A stretch of DNA of 64,000 nucleotides from an uncultured Actinomycetota bacterium (GCA_963781465.1 CAWAGH010000007.1:167657-231656), one strand, 5' to 3'. Numbered from the stretch's first letter, positions 18,636 to 27,458 are shown. The notes: generated by a model not told the origin, from the sequence alone. Program-made: numbers and translations.

Positions 18636-21155
18636 ATGCGGGGTATCTGCCCCTCGCTCGACGACTCCGTGAGGATCGTGGGACCCATGCCAGGAGTGGA
18701 CGCGTGGTGCGCGTTGGCCGACCAGGTCGTCGCCGCCAACGACCCCGCGATCGCGGACCGCGCGAAGACCGTGCTGGTCAGCCTCGGCGTGACCGACGAC
18801 GAGCGCGCCGAGCTCGCGGCGACGATCCGCGGGCGGGAGGACCCGGCCGGCCTGCTGCTCGCGCACGTGGTGGGGAACGCGCATGCCGACCTGTCCGACG
18901 ACGCACCGGTGACCAGCTCCGCGACGCCGGACCAGATGGACGCCGCCCTGGCGCTCTCGGGTCAGCTGCTCGCGGGTCCGGCCGCCACCATGGCGGCTCG
19001 CCTGGGTGCCGCCGCCCGAGACGTCCTGGCCCACCTGCCGGCCGATGCCGCCGGCTCGCTCGTCTCCGGCCTCGTCACCGCCTCGCTGTCGATGACCGAC
19101 CCGGCGATGCGGACCGCAGCCCTGACCACGGTCGTCGACGCCACCAGCGACGTGACGATGGGCCGGCTCCCGGTGGCGACCGTGGTGACCGAAGTGGTGC
19201 GTGCGGCCCCGCCCGACGCGGACCGCGAGCTGGTGGCGAAGCTGCTGGCCCGCACGTCGTCGTCGCGGCTGCTCTCGGGCGTGCTCGACTCCCTGCGTGA
19301 CGGCACCGAACCCCGGGCGGTCCTGGAGCTCCTCGAGCGGGTGGCCCTGCTGCGCGACACACAGGCACCACCGCCACCGACGGCGGCCGCCGACCGCGAG
19401 ATCGACCTCGGCGCAACGCCGGAGCCGTCCGACGTCACCTTCCGCGGCCCGGGCGGCGGCCACGCGGAGATCGCGCCCAGGCCGCCGCCGAAGCCCGCCG
19501 AACCCGCGCAGGAGCAAGCGCCCGGCGGAGTCCTGCGGTCCGCATACCCGCGCATCGACGTCGACGCCCATCGCGAGGTCCGCCCTGAGGTCGTCGTCCT
19601 CGACGAACCGTTCGACGTGGTCGTGGGGCTGGCCAAGTTCCAGGACGCGACGATCACCCAGACCGGTGCCATGCGGTTCATGGCCGGCGCAACGACCGAG
19701 CTCGAGCTGGTCCTCGTCTACGACCCGAACTCCCTGAAGGCGCAAGGCGATACGCGGCTGACCGTCAACGTCAGCGACGCCGACCCGTACCCCACGGCCA
19801 CGGTTTCGTTCGTCGCGACGTACCGGCCCGACCTGCCCAGCGAGCGGCGGATCGGCGTTCACTACATCGTCGGCGGCCAGGTGGTGGGCATCGCCTGGCG
19901 CAGCCTGATCGCCGTCCCCTACGCCAAGGACGTCGCGAACGCCCCCACGCCCCAAGCCGGTCCGGACGCACTGATGGAGCTCGAACCCCTGCTGGGCGTG
20001 GACCAACCCGAGCTCATCCTGTCGATCTGCGCCTCGGACGGTGCCGCCACGGGAGAGTTCATCTGGACGGCGTATGCGGCGGCCTCCGACGTGACGGTGC
20101 CGGACGCCCCGCGGTCCTCGAGGCTCGACTCCGACCTCCAGGGCTTCGTCACCGACATGCGGCAGACCGTCTCCCGCGCGCAGGGTCCGTACGAGGAGTA
20201 CCTGTCGCTGGCCGGAGCGGCCATCCGCATGGGGCGGGCGGTTCCGGACGGGATCCAAGGCGTGCTGCGGAAGGTCGTGGAGGACCCGGCGCGCACCACG
20301 GCGCCGACGATCCTGCTCCTGACCGAGGAGGTGACGCTGCCCTGGGAGCTCGCCGTCTTCGACCCACCGCTCGACAGCGCGTGGGGCGGGATCTCGCCCT
20401 TCCTCGGCTCCCACGCGGCGATCGCGCGATGGCCGCTCAGCGAGAAGCGTCCACGGCCGACACCGAGGTCGGCGGTCGCCGTGAAGCGGGCGGCGGTCCT
20501 CACGGCCGACTACACGGGCGTCATGGGGTGGGGTGAGCTGAAGGAGGCCCAGGAGGAGGCCGACTACGTCACCACGTTGTTCACCTCGACGTTCCCGGTG
20601 ATCCCCTCGATCGACGACGTCATCGACCTGCTCAGCGGGAACCCGTCCGCGGACGTCCTGCACGTTGCCCTGCACGGGCAGTTCGACGCACGAGGGGACG
20701 AGGGCGGCCTGGTCCTGCTCGCCAAGGACGCGGCCGGGAACCTCACGACGACCGCCCAGTTCCTCAAGCCGGACCAGGTCCTCAACGGGCGCCTCGACAA
20801 CGGTCCGTTCGTCTTCCTCAACGCCTGCCAGGTGGGTTCCGACAAGCGGGTGCTCGCCGACAACGGCGGGTTCGCCTCGACGTTGCTGCAGATCGGGGCC
20901 ACCGGGGTCGTGGCTCCACTGTGGAACGTCAACGACGTGACCGCCGCCGAGTGCGCCCGCGCCTTCTACGCCGCGACGTGGAGCGCGACCGGCGAGGGCG
21001 ACGCGTCGACCCGGGTGTCGGCGGCGGAGGCGGTTCGGTCGCTGCGGGCGAAGTACACCCAGTCGGCCGCACAGACCGCGACTCCCGGGATCGACGCGAC
21101 GCTGATCGCCTTCCAGGTGTTCGGCCACCCTCGGCTGCGCCTCGACCGAGGCTGA
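18636..21155 (+). CDS. large soluble CHAT-domain protein with uncharacterised N-terminal regions
   Basis: 839-aa ORF; ATG 18636, with an alternative ATG at 18687. About 240 aa of Ala/Leu-rich helical region, a Pro-rich linker, a beta-rich segment (PFDVVVGLAKF...ELELVLVYDP...TATVSFVATYRP). C-terminal CHAT domain with TLPWELAVF, His VLHVALHGQF and Cys FVFLNACQVG. No TM segment, TPR repeat or NTPase motif noticed. Confidence 0.8.
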   Translation: MRGICPSLDDSVRIVGPMPGVDAWCALADQVVAANDPAIADRAKTVLVSLGVTDDERAELAATIRGREDPAGLLLAHVVGNAHADLSDDAPVTSSATPDQMDAALALSGQLLAGPAATMAARLGAAARDVLAHLPADAAGSLVSGLVTASLSMTDPAMRTAALTTVVDATSDVTMGRLPVATVVTEVVRAAPPDADRELVAKLLARTSSSRLLSGVLDSLRDGTEPRAVLELLERVALLRDTQAPPPPTAAADREIDLGATPEPSDVTFRGPGGGHAEIAPRPPPKPAEPAQEQAPGGVLRSAYPRIDVDAHREVRPEVVVLDEPFDVVVGLAKFQDATITQTGAMRFMAGATTELELVLVYDPNSLKAQGDTRLTVNVSDADPYPTATVSFVATYRPDLPSERRIGVHYIVGGQVVGIAWRSLIAVPYAKDVANAPTPQAGPDALMELEPLLGVDQPELILSICASDGAATGEFIWTAYAAASDVTVPDAPRSSRLDSDLQGFVTDMRQTVSRAQGPYEEYLSLAGAAIRMGRAVPDGIQGVLRKVVEDPARTTAPTILLLTEEVTLPWELAVFDPPLDSAWGGISPFLGSHAAIARWPLSEKRPRPTPRSAVAVKRAAVLTADYTGVMGWGELKEAQEEADYVTTLFTSTFPVIPSIDDVIDLLSGNPSADVLHVALHGQFDARGDEGGLVLLAKDAAGNLTTTAQFLKPDQVLNGRLDNGPFVFLNACQVGSDKRVLADNGGFASTLLQIGATGVVAPLWNVNDVTAAECARAFYAATWSATGEGDASTRVSAAEAVRSLRAKYTQSAAQTATPGIDATLIAFQVFGHPRLRLDRG

Positions 21156-21176
21156 CCACACTCACGAAGGAGCGCG

Positions 21177-22664
21177 ATGGCTGAGAACCTGCGGCCCGAA
21201 GGAATCCCCGTCACCGTCGGGACCGTTCGGATCTCCACGCCCGGGCTGACCGGTCGCGTCGAGGTGTACCAACCGGGGACCGCCGGGATGCGCGGCGCGG
21301 AGAGCTCGACCGAAGCGTTCCGCCGGGCCCTCGACCAGGGCGGCGTGGTGGAACAGCTCACCGTCGAGATCACCGGCCAGCGCGAGCTGGACAACGCCGG
21401 TGGGAGCCGCGGCGGTGGGGGCGGTAGCGAGATCGTGGTCGAGGTCCCGCCCCCGGGCACCGGCAACGGCCAGCTGCTCCTGTATGCGGCCGAGGACGGT
21501 TCGCTCTCGTGGCACCTTCCGGACGACGTGCCACCGGAGCAGGTGGTCAGCCGCGGCGGAGACCGGCGCACGTACCGGCTGCCGCGGGAGGTGGTCCTGG
21601 CTGACCCGGCCTCAGCCGGTGGGCAGCGCGGCATCCTCGGGGCGGTCGGGTCGAAGCTGTTCAAGATCCTCGTGTTCCCGCTCATCGACCCGATCCTCGG
21701 CAAGGTCGGCGACTACTTCGCCGCTCGGTGGGAGCAGAAGAACCGGCGCAACCTCGTGCGGTGGTTCGACCCGGGCGACTACCAGCGCTCCGACGTCGTA
21801 GCCTTCGCGGCGCCGGACTGGACGCGGGTGAGCGGCGGCACGGCGCTCCTGTTCATCCACGGCACGACCGCGCAGTCCAACACGGCGTTCGACCAGCTCC
21901 CGGCCGAGACCCTGACCGAGCTTGGACGTCGTTACGGCGGAAGGGTGTTCGCGCTCGACCACTTCACCATCTCGGTGACGCCGCACGACAACGTGACGTG
22001 GCTGGCCGAGCAGCTCGCGGCGCTCGGAGGCGGTTCTCCGCTCACGCTCGACCTCGTCAGCCACTCGCGCGGCGGCCTCGTCGGTCGCGTCCTCGCCGAA
22101 CGAGCCGCCGACGTCGGGCTGGCCGGCAAGGTCACGGTGCGCAACTTCGTCATGGTCGCCTCGCCCAACGCCGGAACGGCGCTCGCCGACAAGGCGCACC
22201 TGTCGCAGCTGATGGACCGCGTCACCGACCTCGCCCAGTTCATCCCCGACGCCGGCGTGACCGACGTCGTCGGGCTGGTGCTGTCGATCCTCAAGCAGCT
22301 CACCGTCGGCGCGTACGGCGGCCTCGAGGGCGTCATGGCGATGGACCCGCAGGGCGAGTACCTCAAGGCGTTCAACAGCACACCGGGCTCGACGGCGACC
22401 TACCGGGCGATCGGGTCGAACTACCAGCCGGCGCGCGGCGCGTCACTGGCCCGCATCGCCCGGAACGCCGGCACCGACTTCGTGTTCCAGAAGGCGGACA
22501 ACGACCTCGTCGTCCCCACCAACGGGGCATACGAGGTCGACGGTGTGGTGGGGTTCCCGATCGCCGACCCCCTGGTCTTCCCCGCCGAGGCGGGCGTCGA
22601 CCACGCGTCGTACTTCACCCGTCCTGAGGTCTCGGCGAAGCTCCTGGAGTGGCTCCCGGGGTGA
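21177..22664 (+). CDS. alpha/beta-hydrolase fold protein (lipase/esterase-like) with a ~190-aa N-terminal extension of unknown function
   Basis: ATG 21177 preceded by GAAGGAG, 21 nt after the CHAT gene stop. Hydrolase core: LLFIHGT (oxyanion region), nucleophile elbow LVSHSRGGLV, candidate Asp in KADNDLVVP, candidate His in GVDHASYF. The N-terminal part (VTVGTVRISTPGLTGRVEVY...GGGGG...LLLYAAEDGSLSW) matches nothing I recognise. Confidence 0.75.
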   Translation: MAENLRPEGIPVTVGTVRISTPGLTGRVEVYQPGTAGMRGAESSTEAFRRALDQGGVVEQLTVEITGQRELDNAGGSRGGGGGSEIVVEVPPPGTGNGQLLLYAAEDGSLSWHLPDDVPPEQVVSRGGDRRTYRLPREVVLADPASAGGQRGILGAVGSKLFKILVFPLIDPILGKVGDYFAARWEQKNRRNLVRWFDPGDYQRSDVVAFAAPDWTRVSGGTALLFIHGTTAQSNTAFDQLPAETLTELGRRYGGRVFALDHFTISVTPHDNVTWLAEQLAALGGGSPLTLDLVSHSRGGLVGRVLAERAADVGLAGKVTVRNFVMVASPNAGTALADKAHLSQLMDRVTDLAQFIPDAGVTDVVGLVLSILKQLTVGAYGGLEGVMAMDPQGEYLKAFNSTPGSTATYRAIGSNYQPARGASLARIARNAGTDFVFQKADNDLVVPTNGAYEVDGVVGFPIADPLVFPAEAGVDHASYFTRPEVSAKLLEWLPG

Positions 22665-23352
22665 GATGCCGCGTCGCCTCGCGTCTCGACAGGCCGGACA
22701 GCTCTCCGGCGTGGGTGTCGACGAAGGCGCGCACCCAGTCCGGCGCCACGCGGGCGTGATCGCGCAGTGCCCACCCGATCGCCTTGCGGATGAAGAAGTC
22801 CCGGTCGGCGAGGTTCGGCTCGATGGCGTCGGTGAGCAGGTCCTGGTCCAGCCGCTCCTTGCGCCCGACCTGGCCGATGATGGCGGTCCGGCGCAGCCAG
22901 AGGTGCTCGTCGACGGCCCACTCGCGCAGCCGCAGCCCCTCGACGTCAGGTGCGCCCTCGAGCACCTCGCGGACCAGGTGCGTCGCGACCTCGTCGACGA
23001 CGTCCCACCACGCGCCGGTCACGACGAGATGCCGCCAGAGCGGCATGGACTCGCTGTCGAGCCACGAGCGGTAGGCGCGGTACCGCGCGAGGGCGATCGC
23101 CGCATACCACTCCTCGCGGTATGCGACCTCGTCCCACAGGGCGCGGATGGTCGCCTCCCACTCCTCCCGGCCGGCTATCCGGAAGCCGGGGTCGGCGAGG
23201 ATCGGGCGCAGGACCGCGGTGAGCTGTGGCGAGGTGAGCCCGCGGTAGGGGAGCGCGGACTTCATATAGCGCTGCTGGCCCGAGGCCCTCTCAGGGTCGG
23301 CGTGCCGGGCCAGCTCGGCACGGATCGTCTCGACGAGGTCGTGGTGGACCAC
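22615..23352 (-). CDS. DNA alkylation repair enzyme family protein (AlkD-like HEAT-repeat protein)
   Basis: GTG 23352 lies 1 nt after the upstream stop. QQRYMKSALPYRGLTSPQL, WWDVVDEVATHLV, FFIRKAIGWALRDHAR are typical of this family. The 3' end overlaps the convergent hydrolase gene by 50 nt. Confidence 0.75.
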   Translation of the reverse strand: MVHHDLVETIRAELARHADPERASGQQRYMKSALPYRGLTSPQLTAVLRPILADPGFRIAGREEWEATIRALWDEVAYREEWYAAIALARYRAYRSWLDSESMPLWRHLVVTGAWWDVVDEVATHLVREVLEGAPDVEGLRLREWAVDEHLWLRRTAIIGQVGRKERLDQDLLTDAIEPNLADRDFFIRKAIGWALRDHARVAPDWVRAFVDTHAGELSGLSRREATRHLTPGATPGASPRPQDG

Positions 23353-23353
23353 G

Positions 23354-23620
23354 TCAGGCGTAGCGCACCGCTGCCCGAGCGCGGGCCTTCTCGGCCTCGA
23401 TCTCGCGGTTCTTGGGCGGGGCGGTGGTCGACAGGTGGTCGAGCAGGTGCTGCGTGGCGTGCGCGACCTCCTCGACGGCCTCGTCGAACGCGGCCTGGTT
23501 GGCCAACGACGGCTTGGTCGACCCGGAGACCTTGCGGACGTACTGGAGGGCGGCCGAGCGCACCTCGTCGGTCGTCGCCGGGGGCTCGAAGTTGTACAGC
23601 TGACGGATGTTCCGGCACAT
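23354..23620 (-). CDS. DUF2277-family small protein
   Basis: 88-aa ORF MCRNIRQLYNFEPPATTDEVRSAALQYVRKVSGSTKPS, the highly conserved N-terminus of this actinobacterial family. Confidence 0.8.
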   Translation of the reverse strand: MCRNIRQLYNFEPPATTDEVRSAALQYVRKVSGSTKPSLANQAAFDEAVEEVAHATQHLLDHLSTTAPPKNREIEAEKARARAAVRYA

Positions 23621-23641
23621 GCCTCGACTCTAGGCACCGCC

Positions 23642-23935
23642 GGTGGACACGCCGAAACTGGTTCGTGACTTTCTGTTGTCCACAGGTGGTGGACGACGAT
23701 CCGGGCACGTCGCCCCGCACGAGCGGCGCCGAACCTGGGAGAACCATGCACCGGTCCTCCCCAGGTTGTCCCCAGGCTGTTCCGGCGTGGTGCACACCGT
23801 TGTCCACACCTGGTCCACAGGATGGGTTTGTACCTCGACCCCGGCACCCCTAGCGTGACAGCGCGCCAGCGTCGCCCAGCCCGAACCACCCTGATCCGGT
23901 GGCTGTCGGCGGTCGATGGTGCCATGAGTGGACAC
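23642..23935. promoter_or_regulatory. cluster of DnaA-box-like 9-mers in the dnaB upstream region
   Basis: Perfect TTGTCCACA at 23676-23684 and 23800-23808. One-mismatch boxes TTGTCCCCA (23766-23774) and TGGTCCACA (23811-23819). Two-mismatch boxes on the opposite strand around GTGGAC at 23642-23650, 23688-23696 and 23927-23935. Confidence 0.6.
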
Positions 23936-23996
23936 CAGTTCGAACGGCCAGCTCGGAAAGGAACGCGAGGCGCGGTGGCGACCAGGTGACCCTCAC

Positions 23997-26444
23997 ATGA
24001 CGATCCAGGAGCTCTTCCCACAACGGACAGACGGGCCGACGGACGACCGGCTCCCGCCCCAGGACCTGCACGCGGAGCAGTCAGTCCTCGGCGGCATGCT
24101 GTTGTCCAAGGACGCCATCGCCGACTGTGTCGAGGTACTCCGGTCGGCCGACTTCTACCGCCCGCAGCACGAGGCGATCTTCGATGCGGTCCTCAGCCTC
24201 TACGGCCGGGGTGAGCCGGCCGACGCGATCACCGTGTCCGACGAGCTCGGCAAGCGCGGTGACCTCGGTCGGGTCGGCGGCCAGGCCTACCTCCACCAGC
24301 TGATCTCCTCGGTGCCGACCGCGGCCAACGCCGGCTACTACGCGCAGATCGTCGCCGAGCGCGCGGTGCTGCGGCGGCTGGTCGAGGCGGGCACCAAGAT
24401 CGTCCAGCTCGGCTACGCCCAGGGTGGGGGCGACGTCGAGGACATCGTCAACGCGGCCCAGGCCGAGGTCTACGCCGTCGTCGACAAGCGGGGCGGCGAG
24501 GACTACCACCGGCTCGGCGACATCCTCGAGATGACCGTCGACGAGATCGAGGTCGCGTCCGGCAAGTCCGGCGAGATGACGGGTGTGCCGACCGGATTCA
24601 CCGACCTCGACTCGCTCACCAACGGGCTGCACCCGGGCCAGATGATCGTCGTCGCGGCAAGGCCCGCTATCGGGAAGTCGACTCTCGGACTCGACATCGT
24701 CCGGTCGGCGTCGATCCGGCACAACCTCGCCTCGGTCATCTTCTCGCTCGAGATGAGCAAGACCGAGATCACCATGCGGCTACTCTCCGCCGAGGCCGGG
24801 ATCCAGCTGCAGCACATGCGCAAGGGCACCATGCGTGAGGAGGACTGGACCCGCCTGGCGTCGACGATGGGCCGGGTGTCCGAGGCGCCGCTGTTCATCG
24901 ACGACTCACCGAACATGAACCTCATGGAGATCCGGGCCAAGTGCCGACGGCTCAAGCAGCGCGACAACCTCAAGCTGGTCGTCATCGACTACCTCCAGCT
25001 GATGTCCTCCGGCAAGCGAGTCGAGTCGCGGCAGCAGGAGGTCTCGGAGTTCTCGCGAGCGCTCAAGCTGCTCGCCAAGGAGCTCGAGGTCCCGGTCGTC
25101 GCGATCTCCCAGCTCAACCGTGGTCCGGAGCAGCGCACCGACAAGAAGCCGCAGATGTCCGACCTTCGCGAGTCGGGGTGCCTGACTGCGGAGACGCGGA
25201 TTTTGCGGGCGGATACCGGCGCCGAGATGTCGATGGGCGAGCTGCTGGCCAGTGGGGAGACCGACGTCCCCGTCTGGTCGCTCGACGAGTCGCTGCGCTA
25301 CGTCCGCCGGCACCTGACCCACGTCTTCTCGACCGGTACGCGTCCGGTATTCCGACTGACGCTCGCCTCGGGGAAGCAGGTCCGGGCAACCGAGAACCAC
25401 CCCTTCCTCACGTATGCGGGCTGGCGCGCACTGGGTGACCTGCGCACCGGCGACCGGCTGGCGGTGCCTCGTCACGTGCCCGCCCCGGATCGGTTCGAGC
25501 ACCCGCTCAGCGACGAAGAGGTCCGGATGGGCGCCGTCCTGATGTCGTCTCGGACGACGGCCCGGGCATCCGCGCGGACGCAGGTCCTCGGCTGCCGCCT
25601 CGGCTTCGACGTCATGCCGGCGGCGTCGCGGCGGCTGCCGCCGGATATCGCATCGTTCCCCAAGCGACAGATCGCGCTGTTCCTCCAGAGTCTCTGGGCC
25701 GTCGATGGCCGGACCACCGTCAACACCGAAGGGACGGACGGACGCATCGTCTTGCGTGCGAAGTCACGCCAGCTCCTCGACGACGTCGTGATGTTGCTCT
25801 TGCGGTTCGGCATCTCGGGGGAGGTGTTGGCGCGTCGACAGGGCTGGGAGCTGCACATCCCCGGTGTCGACGACCAGCGTCGGTTCCTTCAGGAGGTAGC
25901 CGTCCATGGGGCGTTGTCGGAAGATGCCCATCAGCTGCTCGCCATCGTCCGGGCCAGGCGTGAGCGAGCGTCGGCAGTCGTCCGCGGCGCGGGCGGAGAC
26001 GACGTTGTCGACCGTGAGGGCGCGGCGGGATGGCCACTCAGCAGCGACGACATCGCCGACGAGCTGGTCGAGGAGGGCGCCTTTGACCTCGAGCGAGCAG
26101 CCGAGCTCCTGGCGAGCCTGGATCTCGACCTCGAGGCCTCCAACGACGTGCTGTGGGACGAGGTCGTCGCCGTCGAGCCGGACGGTGTCGAGGAGGTCTT
26201 CGACGCCACCGTTGCGGGCGGCCACAACTTCGTGGCCAACGGGATCGCCGTGCACAACTCGATCGAGCAGGACGCTGACATGGTGATCCTGTTGCACCGC
26301 GAGGAGGCCTACGAGCGGGAGAGCCCACGCGCCGGTGAAGCCGACCTCATCGTGGCCAAGCACCGCAACGGGCCCACCGACACGATCGTGCTGGCGTTCC
26401 AGGGCCACTACAGCCGGTTCACCAACATGGCGCCCAGCTTCTGA
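23997..26444 (+). CDS. dnaB: replicative DNA helicase DnaB (intein-containing precursor)
   Basis: ATG 23997 with AGGTGA 8 nt upstream. PPQDLHAEQSVLGGMLL, Walker A AARPAIGKST, VVIDYLQLM, VVAISQLNRGPEQR. The host sequence resumes after the intein with SIEQDADMVILLHREEAY...HRNGPT. The mature extein product would be about 455 aa. Confidence 0.95.
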   Translation: MTIQELFPQRTDGPTDDRLPPQDLHAEQSVLGGMLLSKDAIADCVEVLRSADFYRPQHEAIFDAVLSLYGRGEPADAITVSDELGKRGDLGRVGGQAYLHQLISSVPTAANAGYYAQIVAERAVLRRLVEAGTKIVQLGYAQGGGDVEDIVNAAQAEVYAVVDKRGGEDYHRLGDILEMTVDEIEVASGKSGEMTGVPTGFTDLDSLTNGLHPGQMIVVAARPAIGKSTLGLDIVRSASIRHNLASVIFSLEMSKTEITMRLLSAEAGIQLQHMRKGTMREEDWTRLASTMGRVSEAPLFIDDSPNMNLMEIRAKCRRLKQRDNLKLVVIDYLQLMSSGKRVESRQQEVSEFSRALKLLAKELEVPVVAISQLNRGPEQRTDKKPQMSDLRESGCLTAETRILRADTGAEMSMGELLASGETDVPVWSLDESLRYVRRHLTHVFSTGTRPVFRLTLASGKQVRATENHPFLTYAGWRALGDLRTGDRLAVPRHVPAPDRFEHPLSDEEVRMGAVLMSSRTTARASARTQVLGCRLGFDVMPAASRRLPPDIASFPKRQIALFLQSLWAVDGRTTVNTEGTDGRIVLRAKSRQLLDDVVMLLLRFGISGEVLARRQGWELHIPGVDDQRRFLQEVAVHGALSEDAHQLLAIVRARRERASAVVRGAGGDDVVDREGAAGWPLSSDDIADELVEEGAFDLERAAELLASLDLDLEASNDVLWDEVVAVEPDGVEEVFDATVAGGHNFVANGIAVHNSIEQDADMVILLHREEAYERESPRAGEADLIVAKHRNGPTDTIVLAFQGHYSRFTNMAPSF
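25179..26258 (+). mobile_element. DnaB intein (360 aa) with a probable degenerate LAGLIDADG homing-endonuclease insert
   Basis: Starts RESG|CLTAETRIL and ends FVANGIAVHN|SIEQD. Block B ATENHPFLTYAGWRALGDL and the C-terminal WDEVVAVEPDGVEEVFDATVAGGHNFVANGIAVHN closely resemble the Synechocystis DnaB mini-intein. The central ~200 aa keeps one LAGLIDADG-like motif (ALFLQSLWAVDGR; LLLRFGISG), while the expected first motif looks degenerate. Confidence 0.9.
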
Positions 26445-26455
26445 CGGCCTCCCTC

Positions 26456-26474
26456 GCGGACCCCGGAAGTCCGC
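26456..26474 (+). terminator. small hairpin 12 nt downstream of the dnaB stop
   Basis: GCGGAC-CCCGGAA-GTCCGC (6-bp stem, 7-nt loop) followed by TCCTCT. Weak, with no clear U tract. Confidence 0.3.
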
Positions 26475-26611
26475 TCCTCTGACGTGGCCGCCGACGTCCG
26501 GCACCGTGAGCGGGATCAGTTCCCGGCTCATCGGCATCGCCGTCGAGCCCTTCTCGTTCGGTTCTGCTCCATCGGGTCGTTCGCGGCGGCCGTGGCCCAG
26601 CCTCAGCCACT

Positions 26612-27372
26612 GTGGGAATCCTGGACGACAAGGTCGCGGTGGTGACGGGTGCGGCGCGCGGGATCGGACGGGCGACCCTCGAGGTGTTCCTCGAGGAGGG
26701 CGCCCGCGTCGTGGCGACCGACATCGACGGCGACGCGTTGAGCCGGACGGTCGCGGCGACGGGGCGCGGTACTGAGCGGCTCGTCATGGTCGTCGGAGAT
26801 GTCTCGGTGGAGGCCGACGCCGAGGCGATGATCGCGGCGGCCACGCGGACCTGGGGCCGCCTGGACTGCCTGGTGGCGAACGCCGGGGTGATCCCGCTCA
26901 GCACCATCGACCAGACCTCGGTCGACGACTGGGAGCACGTCATGGCGGTGGACGGCCGCGGCATGTTCCTCACCTGCCGCGCCGCCATCCGGGTGATGGC
27001 CGAACGGGGCAGCGGAAGCATCGTGAACCTGTCGTCGATCAGCGGGCTGCCGGCCAGGCGGGCCAGGCCGCATACGGACCGGCGAAGTTCGTGGCCACGG
27101 GACTCACCAAGCACCTGGCCGTCGAAGGGGCCGGCCGTGGCATCCGGGTGAACGCCGTCGCGCCGGGCACGATCCGGACCGACGCGATCGACGAGATCCT
27201 CCGCAGTGCGTCTGGTCGTCAGTACGTGACCCAGATGGAGGCGCAGCATCCGATGGGTCGCCTCGGCGATCCTCGTGAGGTGGGTCAGGCCATCGCGTTC
27301 CTTGCTTCGGACCGAGCCAGCTTCATCACCGGCGAGGTGCTCGCCGTCGACGGCGGCTACCTGGCTCAGTGA
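26612..27372 (+). pseudogene. short-chain dehydrogenase/reductase (SDR) with a single frameshift
   Basis: ORF 26612..27151 gives VAVVTGAARGIGRA...NAG...IVNLSSISGL, then out-of-frame Arg-rich text. ORF 27091..27372 in another frame supplies the rest (AAYGPAKFVATGLTKHLAVEGAGRGIRVNAVAPGTIRT...FITGEVLAVDGGY). The catalytic YxxxK straddles the break. A 1-nt indel lies near 27046-27052. Confidence 0.8.
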
Positions 27373-27458
27373 GCCACGGCCGCGAGCCGGCGTCACGCGC
27401 GTACCTGTTTCGTCAGGATCGCCGCGACCCGGGCGGAGCGCGAGGACCATCGACCGGT

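Noticed and set aside
11756-22664. The CHAT island as a discrete mobile element or prophage remnant.
   Set aside because: No integrase, transposase, recombinase, phage structural genes, flanking direct repeats or tRNA target were seen. Codon style looks like the rest of the window by eye.
23642-23935. The DnaA-box cluster as the chromosomal origin oriC.
   Set aside because: Actinobacterial oriC lies between dnaA and dnaN, and neither gene is in the window. No AT-rich unwinding element is evident. A regulatory or titration role is more defensible, so it is reported as such.
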